A DNA stretch of 64,000 bases from a virus (lineage: Duplodnaviria > Caudoviricetes), in IMG/VR virus record IMGVR_UViG_3300046526_000409, positions 27,967-91,966 of that record. One strand, given 5' to 3'. The translations under genes and the position numbers were made by a program. Shown one piece after another: positions 1 to 10,400 of this stretch (position 1 is the first letter of the stretch; each line of letters starts with the position of its first letter). Under the pieces are notes generated by a model. The model saw nothing but the letters and a program-made list of their open reading frames with translations, ran no database searches and was not told the DNA's origin.

Positions 1-381
1 TACGACGAGGGTGACGAGGGCGGTCTGGCCTACGACGGGCCGTGGTCGGTCCCGGTCCTGCACGCCACCCACGTCGAGGCGGGCGACCAGGAGGGCGACC
101 GCGGCTTCTACACCGTCGACACGCTCGACATCAGCGCCGTATTCGCCCAGATCCAAAAGGTCGGGCTCACCCAGGCCGACATCCACAACGACCGGTACCT
201 GAGGGACCGCATCGCCTACGACGGGCGCCTTTTCCGCATCACCCAGATGTCCATCCTCGGGCAGATCCGCAGGCAAGACGTGCTCGTGTCCATCACCGCC
301 GTCGAGGTCAAGCCCGACGAGCTGACTGCGGACGCGATCTTCGCCCAGTACATCCCCGCCTCGGGGGCCGGCGAGCGCTGA
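1..381 (+). CDS. 5'-truncated neck/head-closure protein
   Basis: Frame 1 is open from base 1 (YDEGDEGG...DRYLRDRIAYDGRLFRI...AGER*); not in the ORF track because it lacks a start; lies upstream of tail genes. Confidence 0.6.
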   Translation, partial: YDEGDEGGLAYDGPWSVPVLHATHVEAGDQEGDRGFYTVDTLDISAVFAQIQKVGLTQADIHNDRYLRDRIAYDGRLFRITQMSILGQIRRQDVLVSITAVEVKPDELTADAIFAQYIPASGAGER

Positions 382-405
382 GCGCCCGGCACAACAAGGA
401 GCCCC

Positions 406-1998
406 ATGGCCACCTACGAACGCCCTGACGCCTTCGTCGAGGAGCGTCTGACCACCTACGCAGACACCGTCACCACGGGCACCACCACGTCCACCGACTA
501 CGTCACCCCCGCCCAGGCTGACGCCCGCTACCAGCAACTCGGTCAGCCCGTGAACCTCGTGCTGGCTCCCAGCCAGGGGGCCGCCATCACCGTGCAGCAG
601 ACCAGCGACTCGAAGCCGCGCTTCCAGGCCGGTTCGGACGGCGTCCTCGCGTTCGGCACCGGCTCCGCCGACCCCGACGTGAACCTCAAGCGAGTAGGCC
701 CAGGACAGCTGGGCACCGATGGCAGCCTGACCCAGGCCGGCCACACAGTCCTCGACGTCTCCCAGCTCGCCGTAGCCGGCGGCGTCGCCACCCTTGGCAG
801 CGACGGCAAGCTGGCCCCGAGCCAGCTCCCGGCCACCGCAGGCGGCGGCTCATCGAACCCGAATGCCGCGCTCCAGGGCACCAAGGGGTACTACGTTCCC
901 GCGAGTTGGGGCGAGTTCTGGCGGCCGAAGCGGAACGCGGCCAAGACCGGGGCGGGAAAGGCGACCGTCGCCGTCGTCGGCGGTGCTTCTGCCGCGGGTT
1001 TCCCGGCATCCAAGCTCCGCACCAAGTCGTGGCCCGGCGTACTCAACACGTCGCTCCAGAGCGTCTACGGTGACGGCGGCTCGGGCTTCTACACCTCCGT
1101 GCTCAGCCCGCTCGGCATCCTGGGGTACACCAACACCACCTCCTGGGCCAGCGAGCTGATCGGTCAGACGGGCACCTGGACCATCGGCGGCTACTCGGCC
1201 GGCCCCGGCTGGGGCTATCTGTACTCCAAGACCCCCGGAGACAACCTCACCTTCACGGTGAAGGGCACGAGCATCACGATCTACACGCTCGGCGCGGACG
1301 GTCAGCACTCGCCGTGGTCCTACAGCATCGACGGCGCCACCGCTGTCGTAGTCACGGACACAGCCACCACCGGACTTGCCGTCGTCGCCACCAAGGTCAC
1401 GGGCCTCTCGGTCGGCACCCACACGGTCAAGCTCACCCACACCGGAACCAGCAGCCAGTACCTGGCCGTCTGCGGCGTGGCCGGCGAGAACGCGACGGGA
1501 GTCGTGCTCAACAACCTCTCGCGCCGATACACCATCGCGAGCGAGTACCTGCCGGCGCTGAAGTTGCCGTGGAACGGCGGCCCGAGCTATCCGGCCGACG
1601 TCGTCGTCTACGCGGTCAGCATCGACGACATCACCAGCGGCATCGACGCGGACGCCTGGGCAACGAGCGTGCGCCAGCACCTCAGCAACATCCGGGACGG
1701 CGGAACCGCCACCGGAGCTACGGACATCGTCATCGTGCTCCCGCACATCGGCACAGCAGACACCGCCACGTTTTGCTATCAGGACTTCATCGACCGCGCC
1801 CACGGCCTCGCCCACGCATTCCAGGCGGCCGTCATCGACCTTTGGGCGTTGGGTCGGAACTCGTGGAACTACTGGAACTCGCTCGGTTATTGGGGCGACA
1901 CCTCGAATCCGGGGGCCGCAGGAACCGATGCCTATTTCATGTCAGACGCCGGCCACTCCTACGTCGCAGGAGTCATCAACGCGCTCCTTACGAGCTGA
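406..1998 (+). CDS. Virion-associated protein with degenerate SGNH/GDSL-like domain
   Basis: RBS AAGGAG; VAVVGGAS...SWP, DLW, DAYFMSDAGH resemble SGNH blocks with catalytic residues altered. Confidence 0.6.
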   Translation: MATYERPDAFVEERLTTYADTVTTGTTTSTDYVTPAQADARYQQLGQPVNLVLAPSQGAAITVQQTSDSKPRFQAGSDGVLAFGTGSADPDVNLKRVGPGQLGTDGSLTQAGHTVLDVSQLAVAGGVATLGSDGKLAPSQLPATAGGGSSNPNAALQGTKGYYVPASWGEFWRPKRNAAKTGAGKATVAVVGGASAAGFPASKLRTKSWPGVLNTSLQSVYGDGGSGFYTSVLSPLGILGYTNTTSWASELIGQTGTWTIGGYSAGPGWGYLYSKTPGDNLTFTVKGTSITIYTLGADGQHSPWSYSIDGATAVVVTDTATTGLAVVATKVTGLSVGTHTVKLTHTGTSSQYLAVCGVAGENATGVVLNNLSRRYTIASEYLPALKLPWNGGPSYPADVVVYAVSIDDITSGIDADAWATSVRQHLSNIRDGGTATGATDIVIVLPHIGTADTATFCYQDFIDRAHGLAHAFQAAVIDLWALGRNSWNYWNSLGYWGDTSNPGAAGTDAYFMSDAGHSYVAGVINALLTS

Positions 1999-2010
1999 CA
2001 GAGAGTTCCC

Positions 2011-3519
2011 ATGGTCATTCCTCAGATGCCGCTTGTCATAGCGGTAGCCAAGAGTCAGGTCGGCGTCCACGAAGGGTATTCCGAGGGCGGCTGGAACAAC
2101 TTCACCCGCTATGCCTACGAAGTTCCCACCCTCGCCTGGGCAGACGGACAGTCGTGGTGCGATACCTTCGTCTCGTGGGTCGCCATGAGAGCAGGCGTCG
2201 CGAGCCTCTTTCCACGCACTGCGGACTGTTCGGCCTCCATTACCTGGTGGCAGGCGGCCAACCGCTGGAGCTGGTATCCGGCGGTGGGTTCGCAGGTCAT
2301 GCTGGGACCCAGTGGAGCCGATCACACGGGCATTGTTTACGCTTTCGACTCCGTCTTCATCTACACGATCGAAGGCAATGGAAACGTAAATGGGACGGAC
2401 GAAGGCGATGGCGTCTATCTGCGAAAGCGGAAGCGCTCGGACGCGAATGTCTACGGCTATGGTCTGCCGGCATACGCCGAAGGGATCATCACGGCCGACT
2501 TGTCGCTGAAGGGCCTCGCCGGCTACATCTACGCCACTGCCCACACCGGCCCCGGTCCGGCCACGCTGCGCCAGGGCGCCTGGATGGTCGACCACCTGGT
2601 CACCGGAACGCTCGCCATCAACGGGCCGGCAAACGCTGGTCGCATGGCCATCCAGCAGAACGACCCCGACACGGTCGGCCTGGAGGTCACGGCGTCGTCG
2701 TCGCCCAACCAGTCCCTCGTCAAGTTCCGGGACACCAACGGCAACGTCGCATTCGAGGTCAACGCTGCCGGCCAGATCGTTCACCGTGGCCAGTCGCTGC
2801 ACACCAGCAGCGTCCAGATCGGCTCCGCTACGCCCGACCTCGGCGGTGGCGGCGGTGTTCTGGGCATCAAGGACGCGTCCCCGGCACCGACCACCAACCC
2901 GACAGGCGGAGCGGTCCTGTACTCCGAGGGCGGCGTACTCAAGGTTCGCGCCGCGAGCGGTGCCGTCGTCGACCTGTCCACGGTCCCCAGGAACGAATTC
3001 CGCCCCAGCGACCACGGCTTGATCGCCTGGACGATGGATCCTGCGTCCTGCTCGACGACCGGTACCGCGCTCAGCACCGGCTACATCTACTTCGTCGAGA
3101 TCGTCCTGCGGAACCCGGCCACGATCACGAGCCTGTGCGTGAACCTCAGCGCTGGCGGAACCGGGCTCACGGCGAACCAGTGCCTCGCGGGCCTCTACAC
3201 CGCCAGCGGCACGCGCGTTGGCGTCACGGCGGACATGTCGACGACGTGGAACACCGCAGGCGACAAGACCATGGCGCTCACGTCGTCGTACAGCGCGGCG
3301 GCCGGCAAGTACTACGTCGCCTTCCTGGTGGTCGGAACGACGAGCCCCACATTCGCGTGCGGCTCCACCCTCGGCAATTTCACCCCCGGAAATGCGCACC
3401 TCACGGCGGGCAATTACCGATTCTGCCGCTCCGCGTCCGGCCAGACCTCGCTTCCGGCGAGCTACACGATGGCGAGCGCAACTCCCGACGCCAACAACGT
3501 CTGGACTGCTGCCGCCTAA
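2011..3519 (+). CDS. CHAP peptidoglycan hydrolase fused to fibre-like structural domains
   Basis: WCDTFVSW...DHTGIV...TIEGN CHAP motifs at N-terminus; beta-rich Gly/Thr C-terminus. Confidence 0.7.
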   Translation: MVIPQMPLVIAVAKSQVGVHEGYSEGGWNNFTRYAYEVPTLAWADGQSWCDTFVSWVAMRAGVASLFPRTADCSASITWWQAANRWSWYPAVGSQVMLGPSGADHTGIVYAFDSVFIYTIEGNGNVNGTDEGDGVYLRKRKRSDANVYGYGLPAYAEGIITADLSLKGLAGYIYATAHTGPGPATLRQGAWMVDHLVTGTLAINGPANAGRMAIQQNDPDTVGLEVTASSSPNQSLVKFRDTNGNVAFEVNAAGQIVHRGQSLHTSSVQIGSATPDLGGGGGVLGIKDASPAPTTNPTGGAVLYSEGGVLKVRAASGAVVDLSTVPRNEFRPSDHGLIAWTMDPASCSTTGTALSTGYIYFVEIVLRNPATITSLCVNLSAGGTGLTANQCLAGLYTASGTRVGVTADMSTTWNTAGDKTMALTSSYSAAAGKYYVAFLVVGTTSPTFACGSTLGNFTPGNAHLTAGNYRFCRSASGQTSLPASYTMASATPDANNVWTAAA

Positions 3520-3604
3520 ATCCGGGCCTGTAACAGATTCCTGCGAATGCTGTAATCCTAACTTCGGAGGAAACGTGACATAAGTACCGGAAGGCCCCAA
3601 GCAG

Positions 3605-4189
3605 ATGCCCTGGATAACCAATGAGGATGCCGCCATCAAGGCGAAGCTCCAAGGCTTGGTTGTCAAGGACACCAACGCACCTACTGAGGGCCTTCCGGTA
3701 GACGTGCGTTTCCGTCTCCCCGAAAACGAACTTGCGGCGGCGACCTTTCCGCTCATCGTCATCGAGCGCACCCGCGTAGAACCGGACCACGAGCGAGAAC
3801 ACCGCGGGACCGTCGAACTCGGCTACACCCCCGAGGGATATGACAGCACCAAGTCCTATCTGGCGCCCGACCCCATCCCGTACCTGTTCGAGTACCAGGT
3901 CACCGTCTACACGCGAAAGCAGCGGCACGCGGCGAGCATCACACAGGCGCTCTCCACACGGGACTATCTCCACCCGCGCTGGGCCTACCTGGAAGTTCCG
4001 CAGGACGGAACCGTAAGGCGTCTCGAAGTTGCTGGCGGACCCGAATTCAACGAGGGTCGCGACACCCAGGGGAAGCGCCTGTGGCAGGTCGACTACCTGC
4101 TGCACGTGAGCGCCGAACTCCTCGACGAGATCGCCGAAATCAAGCTCGTCCAGACGGTCGACATCACCACTCATCCCCTCGGCCAGTAG
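3605..4189 (+). CDS. Putative tail terminator/tail completion protein
   Basis: 194 aa, immediately before the sheath; FPLIVI...PIPYLFEYQVTVY pattern. Confidence 0.55.
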   Translation: MPWITNEDAAIKAKLQGLVVKDTNAPTEGLPVDVRFRLPENELAAATFPLIVIERTRVEPDHEREHRGTVELGYTPEGYDSTKSYLAPDPIPYLFEYQVTVYTRKQRHAASITQALSTRDYLHPRWAYLEVPQDGTVRRLEVAGGPEFNEGRDTQGKRLWQVDYLLHVSAELLDEIAEIKLVQTVDITTHPLGQ

Positions 4190-4209
4190 GCCCTGAAGGA
4201 GCTTTCTCT

Positions 4210-5760
4210 ATGGCGACTTTCCTGCGCCCCGGCATCTACGTGGACGAGACGCTGGATGCGATATCGAACCCGGTCACCACGAACCCTGGCGAGGCTATCG
4301 CCGCGTTCATCGGTGCCCACAACTTCGGTCCGGCCCTTCCCACGCTGATCACCTCCTGGTCGCAGTTCAACCTCGTGTACGGCGGCTGGGGCACCGGGAC
4401 CGATCTGCTTCCGTACGCGGTGTACTCCTACTTCGCCAACGGCGGTGGCAAGGCGTACATCTGCCGGGCGGTCCCGTCCGACTCGGTCGCGTCGCACGTC
4501 ACGCTCAACGACCGGCAGACGACCCCCGAGGCGGTGCTGTCGCTGACGGCCAGGGCAGCCGGCGCCTTCGGCAACAAGGTGTACATCGACGTCTCCGACG
4601 CCAACACGGGAGCCGGCCGCTTCAACATGGCCGTCAAGGTGGGCGGTACGACGGACGCGTACATCGCCGACCGGTACAACGACGTCAGTCTCGATCCGGC
4701 GGACTCGCGGAACCTGGTCGCGATGATCAACTCCCCTGTCAACGGCTCGGCGTTCATCAAGGCCGACTACGTCGCCACCGACGCGTGGACCGCCTCAATC
4801 ACCCCTTCGCTCCAGACCGGTACGCCGCTGACCGGTGGTCTGGACGGCAGCGCGACCCCGGATCTGGTCACCGCCACGAAGCAGCTCGAAGCGACCGGCG
4901 AGATCGTCAACGTCAACCTGCCGGGCGTCACCGACACCGCGATCCTCAACAACATCATCGCCTGGGCCGAGGACTACGGGTACGCCTTCGTCGTGGCCGA
5001 CGCGCCCTCGACGCCGTCCCTGGACGCAGCCACCGCGGTCACGAACTACGCCAAGCTCTCGCCGGCCGCGAACTCCAGCACGAGCCCGCCGCCGCTGAAG
5101 TCCAGTTCCTACGTTGCGGTGTTCGGTCCGTGGCTAGTGTCGGCCGACCCGTCCTCGGTGGCGTCCGGTGCCACCCGCACCCTGCCGCCTGGCGGTGCGG
5201 TCCTGGGCCAGATCGCCAAGACGGACACCCTCTACGGCCCGCACCAGTCGGCAGCCGGCACGCTCAGTCGGCTCACAGGCGTCTACTCGACCGAGCTGCG
5301 ATTCACCAACTCCCAGCTCGACAACCTCAACGCCTGGGGCATCAACGTCATCCGGCAGATCCCCCAGAACGGCATCTGCATTATGGGCGCCCGCACGTTG
5401 AAGAACGGCTACCCCGACCGGTACGTCGCCGTTCGCCGGCTGCTCACCTACACCCGCAAGATTCTCGTCGACCTCACTCGTAGTGCTGTCTTCGCGCCCA
5501 ACACCCCCGAGCTGTGGCACTCCATCGCGGCGACCCTCACCCAGCAGCTCACCACGCAGGCCCAGGCGGGTCAGTTCGCCAGCTCGACCCCGGACACCGC
5601 GTTCCAGGTGATCTGCGACGACAGCAACAACACCGCCACCACGGTCGACAACGGCGAAGTCCACATCGACGTCGGCATTGCCGTTGCTCGGCCGGCCGAG
5701 TACGTCGCGATCCACATCAGCCAGTACGACGGCGGTGCGACGGTGACTGAGTCCGCGTAA
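4210..5760 (+). CDS. Contractile tail sheath protein
   Basis: MATFLRPGIYVDE N-terminal arm; INVIR...GARTL...YVAVRR, FAPNTPELW, PAEYV C-terminal sheath motifs; ATG 4210 after GAAGGAG. Confidence 0.95.
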   Translation: MATFLRPGIYVDETLDAISNPVTTNPGEAIAAFIGAHNFGPALPTLITSWSQFNLVYGGWGTGTDLLPYAVYSYFANGGGKAYICRAVPSDSVASHVTLNDRQTTPEAVLSLTARAAGAFGNKVYIDVSDANTGAGRFNMAVKVGGTTDAYIADRYNDVSLDPADSRNLVAMINSPVNGSAFIKADYVATDAWTASITPSLQTGTPLTGGLDGSATPDLVTATKQLEATGEIVNVNLPGVTDTAILNNIIAWAEDYGYAFVVADAPSTPSLDAATAVTNYAKLSPAANSSTSPPPLKSSSYVAVFGPWLVSADPSSVASGATRTLPPGGAVLGQIAKTDTLYGPHQSAAGTLSRLTGVYSTELRFTNSQLDNLNAWGINVIRQIPQNGICIMGARTLKNGYPDRYVAVRRLLTYTRKILVDLTRSAVFAPNTPELWHSIAATLTQQLTTQAQAGQFASSTPDTAFQVICDDSNNTATTVDNGEVHIDVGIAVARPAEYVAIHISQYDGGATVTESA

Positions 5761-5871
5761 GGAATCGGGGCCGGATCGAATAACGGTCCGGCCCCACCGT
5801 AAACCTCTCGATAACCACACGGTCTCCACATGGATAACCACCCGGCGCACCTCGTGCTACGGGAGTAGTGA

Positions 5872-6456
5872 ATGGCATCCACCCTAAAGACCGTCTCGCA
5901 GAGCCAGAGCTTGGCCTCTCGGCAGACGGACCCTCTCCGCTCGTTCAAGTTCCACGTCCAGATCAGCCAGGTCGGAAAGCTCGCCCAGCAGTACCCGAAG
6001 CTCGGGTTCATGAGCGTCAGCGGCCTCAGCGTGACGACCGATGTCATCGCATACAGGGCTGGCGGAATGAACACCACCACCCAGAAGATGCCTGGTCAGA
6101 GCGACTTCAGCCCCGTCACCCTTTCCAAGGGAATGATGCCGGGCGACCAGGTCCTCGTGAACTGGATGTACCAGCTCTTCGATGTCATGCAGGGCAATGG
6201 CTCCGGGAGCGATACGGGTACCGAATTCCGGGCCACGATCGACATCATGCTCATCGACCACCCGGTCACGAAGAACAAGGCCGCGGTGAAGGCCGTGTGG
6301 CGCCTCTACAACGCCTGGCCGACCTCGGTGGCATTCGGTGATCTCGACGCCGGAAGCAACACGTTCGCCGTCAACCAGATCACGTTCGCCCACGAGGGGT
6401 GGGACTTCAAGGTGGCCGACAACTACGGCCCGAACTCCCAGGCGTACATCAAGTAA
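5872..6456 (+). CDS. Tail tube protein (gp19-like)
   Basis: DPLRSFKF, GFMSVSGL, YRAGG, KMPGQ, VTLSKG, WRLYNAWP, DLDA motifs. Confidence 0.95.
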   Translation: MASTLKTVSQSQSLASRQTDPLRSFKFHVQISQVGKLAQQYPKLGFMSVSGLSVTTDVIAYRAGGMNTTTQKMPGQSDFSPVTLSKGMMPGDQVLVNWMYQLFDVMQGNGSGSDTGTEFRATIDIMLIDHPVTKNKAAVKAVWRLYNAWPTSVAFGDLDAGSNTFAVNQITFAHEGWDFKVADNYGPNSQAYIK

Positions 6457-6479
6457 TCCCCGATACAAGGAAATCACTC

Positions 6480-7334
6480 ATGACTGAAATGCAGTACGAC
6501 TGGACCTTCGATTCTCCCGCTGGTGGCCGGTCGGTCGACGTCCTTGGCGACACTCCGGGCGCGACCGCCGCCATCGACTCCCTCCTCACCAGCTCGGCCG
6601 GGGAGCCGCCGGCCATCCCTGCGCCCGCTGACTGCATCGTCACTCTCCCCGCGGGACTGGTCCGAGAGGACCACATCATCACGGAGGCAGAGGTACGTGA
6701 GCTGACGGGTGCCGACGAGGAGGCCCTGGCCCGCGTCCGATCCAACCCGCTCCGCCTGCTGGAGACACTCCTGGAGCTGGGCACCGTCCGCATCGGCGAC
6801 GTGCCGGCCACCTCGGACGTTCTTCCCCAGCTCCTTCTCGGCGACCGGGATGCCCTCGTCGTCGCCATCCGCCGGGTCACCTTCGGCGACGAGATGGAGT
6901 TCTCCGAGATCATCTGCCCCACCTGTGGTGAGGACTTCGCAGCGAAGATCTCCCTCGGCGCCATCGAGCCCACGACGGTGACCTCAGGCCGCCTGACGGT
7001 GCCGATGCGCAAGGGTGGCTACGCCATCGTGCGGTATCCCAACGGCGCCGATCAGGCCGCCATGCTCGCGCTTCCCAAGGCGACGGACGCCGAGCGCAAC
7101 ACCTTCCTGCTGGGTCGCTGCCTGGTGGAGGTCCGGGACGCGCAGGGCAAGGCCACGCCTGGCAGCGCGGACCTGGCCAGGTCGCTCGGCATGGGGGACA
7201 TCCGCACCATCCTCAAGCAGCTCGCCGCAACGCAGCCTGGTCCGCGGCTGCTGGAGGTGTCGATCGAGCACGAAGCGTGCGGCGGGGAGGTTCCGCTGCC
7301 CCTCTCGGTGGCGGACATCTTTCGCGATTTCTGA
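6480..7334 (+). CDS. Tail assembly chaperone / baseplate-hub-like protein
   Basis: VRELTGADEE, GDRDAL..AIRRVTFG, CPTC; lies between tube and tape measure genes. Confidence 0.75.
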   Translation: MTEMQYDWTFDSPAGGRSVDVLGDTPGATAAIDSLLTSSAGEPPAIPAPADCIVTLPAGLVREDHIITEAEVRELTGADEEALARVRSNPLRLLETLLELGTVRIGDVPATSDVLPQLLLGDRDALVVAIRRVTFGDEMEFSEIICPTCGEDFAAKISLGAIEPTTVTSGRLTVPMRKGGYAIVRYPNGADQAAMLALPKATDAERNTFLLGRCLVEVRDAQGKATPGSADLARSLGMGDIRTILKQLAATQPGPRLLEVSIEHEACGGEVPLPLSVADIFRDF

Positions 7335-7494
7335 CGCCCGAGCGACACGGGCTGACTACACCACCCTCGCCTACGCCCACCCCGAGTGGCAGCTCAGCGA
7401 GATCAAACAACTGACGGTCAGCGAGCGCGAGTACTGGCGCGACCTGGCCCTCTGGGTCAAGGAACGAAGGGAGGCGGCGGCGTCCAGTGGCTGA
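7321..7494 (+). CDS. Probable frameshift extension of the tail chaperone
   Basis: Open +1 frame with WQLSEIKQLTVSEREYW and no ATG/GTG/TTG of its own after 7320. Confidence 0.6.
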   Translation, partial: FAISDARATRADYTTLAYAHPEWQLSEIKQLTVSEREYWRDLALWVKERREAAASSG

Positions 7495-10400
7495 AGAGAA
7501 CGAGATCAACCGGGGCGAGCCCAACTTTGGGGGCCGCCTCCTCGGCACCAACGGAATGCAGCGGGCGGCCGACAAGGTCTCCAGCGACATCGACAAGCTC
7601 GGTGCCAACATCGCCGCCCTCAACCGCGCCCTCCAGGGTGCGATCAACTCGGCCACGCGAGGGGCGGCGTTCCGTGGCATGCCGACGCAGGCATTCCCGG
7701 CGGCCAACCAGACGACCCGCATCAACGCGGCCCCGATCTCCCACCCGCCGGCCAACACCGTCATCCAGGCTGGCGGCAGTGCGGGCTCCGCCTTCACGCA
7801 CCCTGTCACCGGCCGCGTCTACAGCGGGGATCTCGGCGCTCGCCTTTCCGACCGCTACAACGCGCAGGTCGGCCGCTACGACGCGCGCACTGCCGCACAG
7901 TCCTCCATGGCGCAGGCGCAAGCACAACTCCGCAGCGCGCAGGAGTCTGCCCGACAGCAGTCGGCGCTCCGGCAGGAGCAGCTCCAGCTCGCCCAGATGC
8001 AGCGCGAGGCCCAGCGGCAGGCACAGCAGGCGGCACAGCGTCAGCAGGAAGCCGCAGCCGCTCAGGCCCGCTACCAGGCGCAGCAGACCTCCGCATCGGC
8101 ACGCTCCGGCGTCAATCCAGACCTGCTGGGCCGCGTCACCCCTGGTCGGGTGGCGCAGGCTCGGCAGACCAATGCCGACGCCCGCTACGGCTCGCTGTTC
8201 GACGAGGCGATCCGCCGCCAGAACATCGCCAGCAACCCGACATACGGACTGCGCGTCGGGCAGCGGATGTGGGCGTACAACCGGGCCACGGGCCTGTCCA
8301 GTGCCACCGTCAGCGGCAGCGGTGTGTACGCCTCGCGCAACGGCACGGTACTCAACGCAGGGCGCCGGCAGCGTGATGGCTGGGACGTTCCTCCGGCAGG
8401 CGGATTCTCTAACCAGATACCCCTGGATGACCGCGGCTCTGTCGGGTTCGGGGGCAGCAGCTCAAGTGGCAACTTCGCAGCAACGGTGCCATCCAACAAC
8501 AGCAGCTCCTCGGTAGACACCGCCGCTCCTGCCAACTTCGGCAAGGGGCCCGGCAACACGCTCTACCAGCAGGCGGTCAAGTACGGCGACCGCATGAAGC
8601 CGCAGATGGAGGAGATGGACCGGTACACCAACTGGGCCTCCATAGCCTCCGGCGGTGCGCCGTCCGGCTACGACAAGTGGGGCTGGAAGAACAAGATCCG
8701 TGACCACAGCTACGGCATGGTCGTGGCCCAGTCCACCGAGGACGCGAGCAACGCGAACTTCCTCCTGGATAAGAACTTCGGCCTGACGTACGGCACTTCG
8801 GCGCAGTCCTCTGCCCGCGGGAACGCCTTCGGTGCCGCGTACGTCGCCGGCTTGGACGCTGAGACCGGCGCCAAGCTCTACAGCAGCATGTACAACCCGC
8901 AGGCGTCGCTCGCCGCCCAGCGTCTTGGCTACGGCCGGACCATCGGCTCGGGAGGCAAGGCGGCTGGCATCGGCTCGCTCTCCGACAACATCATGTCGCG
9001 CACGTTCGGGTCCTCATCGATCTCGTCCAAGAAGTTCGCGGCGGCCACGGCCACCGGCCAGGTCCTCGACTACAACGTCGACCAGCTCGGCCAGGCCAGC
9101 GGCTGGGACGCAGACACGATCGACAACCTCAAGGAGTACATGCGGGGGCGCAACACCCTGTTGCAGAACTCCAAGATGTCCTCGTCCGCTGCCGACAAGC
9201 TGATCGCACAGGCCGCGCAGACTGGCGGTAAGGGCGACGACGCCCGCAAGAAGCTGTCCAAGTACGGCGTCTCGGAAAGCCTCGGGCAGACGAGGAAGAC
9301 CTTCGAATCCCAGGAGCGTCAGCACGACGCCAACATGGGTGACTCCTTCGCCCACAACCTGGAGACCGCCACCAAGGCGGTGCAGAAGTTCGAAGGCGCC
9401 ATCAACTCGATCCTCGAACTGCCCGGCATCAAGCAGGTCGTCGGCGCCTCAGGTGCCTGGGCCACGGCCACCAAGGAGCCGGTCAAGCAGATCAAGTCGA
9501 TGTGGGACTTCGGCAAGAGCCTGCTGCCCACTGGCATCTTCGGTGGCGCGGCCGGAGCTACCGGCTCCACGGGCGGGGGCGACAGCAAGTCACACACCGC
9601 CACCTCCAACCACGTGGCCAGTGGGAACGCCGGTTCCGCCATCGCCGCTGCGCTGACCCAGATCGGCGTTCCCTACGTGTGGGGCGGCGAGCAGGAGGGC
9701 AAGGGCTTCGACTGCTCGGGCCTTACCCAGTGGGCATTCCGGAAGGCTGGCATCAACCTGCCCCGCACCTCGCAGGAGCAGATGGGCGTCGGCGTCGGTG
9801 TCGACAAGCAGCACATCCAGCCCGGCGACCTGCTGTTCCCCGAGCCCGGTCACGTGATGATGGCGATCGGAAACGGCAAGCTGGTCGAGGCGCCGCACAC
9901 CGGTCTGGATGTCCGCGTCCGCTCGTACGGACTCGGCGAGATCAAGGCAGTCCGTCGCGTGGCCAGCGCGGTCGGTGCCCTGGCCAGCTATAACACCGAC
10001 ACCAAGCAGACCGACGACGACTCCGCTGGCAACGCCGGATGGTTCGGAGGGTCGGGCAACAGCGTCGGTCAGGAAGAGGTGGACGCCATCGCCGCCGCGC
10101 TGTCCGGCGGCGGCGGCTACACCATGGGCGCGCAGACCAGCGGCACCGGCCAGTCGAGCAACGCAGACAGCGCCACGGCGGTCTCCAGCGCCCCTTCGAA
10201 CCCGAAGGGCAACGTCGCCCTGGGCAAGAAGCTCGCGGCCAAGCGGGGCTGGACGGGCAAGGAGTGGGACGCGCTCTACCAGCTCTGGCAGCACGAGTCC
10301 GGCTGGCGTACGAACGCGGATAACCCCACGTCAGACGCGTTCGGCATCCCCCAGGCGCTTCCTGGATCGAAGATGGCGTCCAAGGGCAAGGACTGGAAGA

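Noticed and set aside
1314-3771. Long shadow ORFs (739 aa +, 609 aa -) and similar ones across the window
   Set aside because: Arg/His/Pro-rich or antisense mirrors of real genes, expected at high GC
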